Shown piece by piece: positions 60,160 through 64,000 of a DNA stretch of 64,000 bases (position 1 is the first letter of the stretch; each line of letters begins with the position of its first letter). This DNA comes from Tricharina praecox. Lineage: Eukaryota. The stretch covers positions 1,178,001 through 1,242,000 of the forward strand of contig NW_026250404.1 in NCBI RefSeq assembly GCF_024521635.1, read 5' to 3'. The position numbers and the translations under genes are program-made. The notes beneath the pieces are model-generated. The model ran no database searches, was not told where the DNA came from, and was given only the letters and a program-made list of their open reading frames with translations.

Positions 60160-62472
60160 ATGGCGCGAACCAAAAAGCCGCGGCCCTCCGCGCGCGACCT
60201 CTTCAGCCGGTCGTCGTACGACCGCGACGCGCCCGCCTACACTGCGGTCGACACCGGCCCCTCCCACACCCTCCCACCCGTCTCCGCCCGCCCCTCCACC
60301 TCCTCCACTTCCTCGGGCGACGACGAGGAAGGCGCAGACGTCCTCCGTGAGGAAGAAGAGCGCGAGAAGCTGCTAGCAGGCGGACTGTTCGGGGGGAAGG
60401 GCAGCATCAAGATCGGGAAGAAGGTGCGCGGGCACCGCAGGAAAAGGAGTGCGGGACAGGTCGCCAGTATGATGGGTGGGAAACGGCTCGGTATGGAGGC
60501 CGGCGGCGAGTATGGGATTGGTGATGAGAGTAGTGATGGTGATGAGGATGAGCGCCTGGGCGGCGCGTGGGGCGAGAAGGGAGGGGTTAAGGTACGTGCT
60601 CGACATGATGGGGGGCGGGGGAAGTGGGGGGTGCTGACGCACCAGGTGAAGCCGAGGAAACCGACATTCAGAAAGATCATACTGTTTACGTCGCTGCTGC
60701 TGAGTTTTCTGGTCGTGATGATATTCGCGTCGCTGGCGCTATCGCAAGAGCGTGGGGCGGGGCCAGCGATGGTGTTCCACAACGGCACGCACGCGTTCGC
60801 AAAGACGACGCTGCTGATCTCGCTCGACGGGCTGCGCGCGGACTTCCTGAACCGACATCTGACGCCCACGCTGACGTCGTTCATCAATTCTGGCGTGTCG
60901 CCGCCGTACATGGTCCCGTCTTTCCCGTCCGTCACGTTCCCGAACCACTGGACTATCGTTACGGGACTGTATCCGGAGAACCATGGCATAGTCAGTAATT
61001 CGTTCTATGATCCGAAGCTGAAGGCCGAGTTTTATTACACCGACCCCGCAAGGAGTCTGCAGCGGCAATGGTGGGGTGGCGAGCCTATATGGCAGACATT
61101 GGAGAAGCAGGGTGGCAGGGCTGCCGTCCACATGTGGCCGGGCTCTGAGGCCGATGGGCATGGGGCGGCGGTGGTCGATCGGTTCAACTCTACGGAGAGG
61201 CTGGATATCAAGGTGGACCGCATCCTGGGATTACTGGATCTGCCGGTGCAGAAACGGCCGCAGTTGGTCGCCGCGTATGTTCCGGATGTCGACGTGAGTG
61301 GACATAAGTTCGGCCCCAACACTACAGAGACGGACAATACGATCAGGGACGTGGACGGCATGCTGCACTCGCTATTCCTCGGCCTCGAAGCACGGAACCT
61401 CAGCGAGATCGTCAACGTCGTCGTCGTGTCGGACCACGGCATGGCCAGCACCGACCGATCCCGGCTGTTCTACTTCGAAGATCTCATGGACACCTCACTG
61501 ATCGAGCACGTCGATGGGTGGCCTCTGTACGGTCTACGCCCCTACCCGCAACACAACCTCACCGAGATCTACGTAGGGCTCAAAGCGCAAGAAACGCCGG
61601 ACGGGCACTGGTCGGTGTACCTGCGCGACGTGGACATGCCCGCGCGCTACCACTTCAGCCGCAATCCGCGGATCGCGCCGCTATGGATCGTGCCCGAAAC
61701 CGGCTATGTCATCGTCACGAAGAAGGAGTACCCGCCGGACTCGACGGAGCCGTACCATCCCCGCGGCCTCCACGGCTACGATAACCTCCACCCGCTCATG
61801 CGCGCTATGTTTGTTGCCCGCGGCCCGGCGTTCCAACACCTCCACGGCGAGGGGAAGGAGTGGCTCGGCCTCGATAGGCACTCGGGCGCCGTCACGGTCA
61901 ATGAGACGCTCACGAAGGGCGCGGTGCGCGCGGGAAGAGTCCAGCCGTTTACGAATGTCGAGGTGTATCGGCTGCTGTGCCAGAGTCTGGGGATTAAGGA
62001 GGCGGCTAGTGATGCCACCCTGGTGGAGCTGAAGTTGGTTGGCGAGGATGAGCCGGAGCCAGAAGTTAAGCCTGGCGCGGGCGATGACTTCGAGCACACA
62101 TCTACTGCGTCAACAACCGCTTCTTCTTCCTCGGACTCTTCCTCGGACTCCTCCGCTGCGCAGGAGCCAACAAAGAGCATCGGCATACAAACCCCGGAGC
62201 CACTACCCGTGCGACCAACCAAGATCTCGGATCCCAACGCGCCAGTGGTGACGGGCACACCGCAGAATATTGGCATATCGCCGCCGACCCCGCCCGAGGG
62301 GGAGGAGGAGGGCGGTGATGACAAGGGTGGTGATAAGACGTGGTGGGAGCTGCTCAAGAGTAAGGCTGAGCGCCTCAAGGGGAAGCTCGAGGGCTGGTGG
62401 AGTAGTGTTTGGGTCGATGATGCGAGTGCGGATGCGGATGCGGATCTAGATGATACGCCGGGGCCTACGTGA
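60160..62472 (+). CDS. NPP1: Ectonucleotide pyrophosphatase/phosphodiesterase (type I phosphodiesterase family), type II membrane protein; probable intron 60592-60645
   Basis: LISLDGLRAD, FPSVTFPNHWTIVTGLYPENHGIVSN (catalytic Thr), DVSGH, VVSDHGM and GLHGYDN; TM anchor ahead of the catalytic domain. Confidence 0.95.
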   Translation: MARTKKPRPSARDLFSRSSYDRDAPAYTAVDTGPSHTLPPVSARPSTSSTSSGDDEEGADVLREEEEREKLLAGGLFGGKGSIKIGKKVRGHRRKRSAGQVASMMGGKRLGMEAGGEYGIGDESSDGDEDERLGGAWGEKGGVKVRARHDGGRGKWGVLTHQVKPRKPTFRKIILFTSLLLSFLVVMIFASLALSQERGAGPAMVFHNGTHAFAKTTLLISLDGLRADFLNRHLTPTLTSFINSGVSPPYMVPSFPSVTFPNHWTIVTGLYPENHGIVSNSFYDPKLKAEFYYTDPARSLQRQWWGGEPIWQTLEKQGGRAAVHMWPGSEADGHGAAVVDRFNSTERLDIKVDRILGLLDLPVQKRPQLVAAYVPDVDVSGHKFGPNTTETDNTIRDVDGMLHSLFLGLEARNLSEIVNVVVVSDHGMASTDRSRLFYFEDLMDTSLIEHVDGWPLYGLRPYPQHNLTEIYVGLKAQETPDGHWSVYLRDVDMPARYHFSRNPRIAPLWIVPETGYVIVTKKEYPPDSTEPYHPRGLHGYDNLHPLMRAMFVARGPAFQHLHGEGKEWLGLDRHSGAVTVNETLTKGAVRAGRVQPFTNVEVYRLLCQSLGIKEAASDATLVELKLVGEDEPEPEVKPGAGDDFEHTSTASTTASSSSDSSSDSSAAQEPTKSIGIQTPEPLPVRPTKISDPNAPVVTGTPQNIGISPPTPPEGEEEGGDDKGGDKTWWELLKSKAERLKGKLEGWWSSVWVDDASADADADLDDTPGPT

Positions 62473-62785
62473 GGGGATGGGGCGGGGTGGTGGTGGTAAT
62501 GGTAGGGGTGGGTGGGTTTTTGTCTTTGACGTTGGTTTCCGTTTTCACTTCTTTGCGCGCATGGAACAAGGCTGCTTTGGGGGTATCATTGATTTTGCGT
62601 GATGGGTTTGATTCTTCTTGCGTGAAAGTAGGGATGTGGGTGATGTACGATGATTTCGGGCTGGAATTAAACAAAAATTTAAGATGGATTTAGGCAGTAT
62701 AGCGTGTATATCCGTACACATAGCATCATAATTCATGACCGAGTCATCACCAACGCGGCACCTTGCCCGCCGCCCCCACGACATC

Positions 62786-64000
62786 CTACTCCGCAGTGTC
62801 CATGTCCACCGGCACCAGCCTTACCCATAGCGTCTCCGGCGCAATCGTAAGCGTAGTCTGAATCCTAGTCACGCCTCTATCCTTCGCCAACTCCATCCCC
62901 TTGAACCTCTGCAGCAACTTAACGACGGTGTAGCCGGCCTCAGTGAGGGCATACTGCTGACCGAGACAGATCCTCGGGCCGCCATTGAACGGCAAATACT
63001 CCCAGCCGCGCCCGATCGCCTTGCCCTCACCCCACCGCTCCGGCCGGAACTCTGCCGCGTCGGCCCCGTACAGGTCTGTCCGTCGGTGCAGCGCGAATAC
63101 GCTGTATTGTACCCGCTGTCCCCGGTGCACGTGCATCGGCTGTTGCCCGTCGACCCCGCCGCCGCGCGGGAGCACGGTGTCGCGGATCGCGGTGCGCAGG
63201 TTGAGGGGGACCGCGGGGTAGAGGCGTAGCGCTAGGTTCCGCATCAGCTATCATATTTGCGCGGGGGTGGGGGAGGAGGGGCACGCAAACCTTCGTTCAG
63301 CACGTGCCGCAGGTACACGACGTCCTTCAGCTCCTCGAAGCTGGGGCTCCTCCAGGCGCCGGGCACGCCGGTGCCGAACGCGGCCTCCAGCTCGCCGCGG
63401 AGCTTGGCATACACCCGTGCGTCACCCGCGAGCAGGTACATCGTCCAGCCGATCAGGCCCGCGGTGGTATCGCGGCCGGCCAGGAGGATATTGAGCATCT
63501 GGTCTCTTAGGAGCTTCGGGTCCTGCGAATGCGCAGCCACCGCGTCGAGGAAGACATATCTCTCCGCGTCCCTCTTCCTTGTTGGGTCAAGGGCGTGGGC
63601 TACATAGCCGTCGACAAAGCGGTGGACAAACTCGTTGCAGCGGCGCATAGCCGCGGGCTTCCACCGCATCACGAGCGGGAACGCCCGCAGCCGCAGCCGG
63701 AACATGATCCACTCCAGGCCCTGGTTGAAGTTGTATGCGAACCCCTCGCGGTCGTCGGCGCCGCGCAGCAGCGACCCCGCCGTCTCGCCGAACAGGAACT
63801 CGGTCGCCGAGTCCAGCGTCAGCGCGAAGAACAGCGGCTGCAGGTCTACCGGTTGGCCGCGGGGCACCGCGGCCAGGTGCGCGAGCACCCGCGATACGTG
63901 CACAGAGAGCATCCCGACGTCCGCCACCTGCTTGCGCGAGAACTGTGGCCGCAGCAGCGCGCGCGAGTGCTCCCACCCCGCGCCGTCGAGCGTGAAGATG
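62786..64000 (-). CDS. Cytochrome P450, CYP52 clan (alkane/fatty-acid hydroxylase-like), 5'-truncated by the window edge; intron 63232-63290
   Basis: [31 protein letters not shown] (I-helix), EALRLYP (ExxR), FRPERW and [14 protein letters not shown] (heme Cys). Confidence 0.95.

Overview
Eukaryotic genomic DNA from a filamentous ascomycete (Pezizomycotina). The evidence is short GT-AG introns with CTRAY branch points and fungal gene families; Pezizomycetes is only a guess. All family calls are from recognised motifs, with no database search run. The left part (1-23 kb) is accessory-like: a secreted S41-type peptidase, an NCS1 purine-cytosine permease, an orphan proline-rich protein, an O-methyltransferase, an intron-containing tRNA-Gly(GCC) with an atypical acceptor stem, a TRI12-like MFS transporter, two families of short dispersed repeats and a minisatellite. 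The middle (23-44 kb) has BOS1, a ~1233-aa disordered protein, a membrane protein, a broken RING-like ORF and a divergent pair of genes ending in Nrd1/Mrn1-type tandem RRMs. One of that pair carries an in-frame TAA in the middle of an otherwise intact ~903-codon frame. The right part (45-64 kb) is housekeeping: a mitochondrial-type 2xRRM protein, GLY1, TPA1, LSM2 (absent from the ORF track), MRPL37/mL54, nucleolin NSR1, an AIM+TM protein, NPP1 and a partial CYP52. Best leads: (1) the premature-stop RRM gene (candidate for A-to-I editing or readthrough); (2) a box C/D snoRNA in LSM2 intron 2 with complementarity to the U6 ISL; (3) five copies of CYGAGGGCTT in the nucleolin leader; (4) a BNIP3/NIX-like candidate autophagy receptor; (5) the non-canonical tRNA-Gly.
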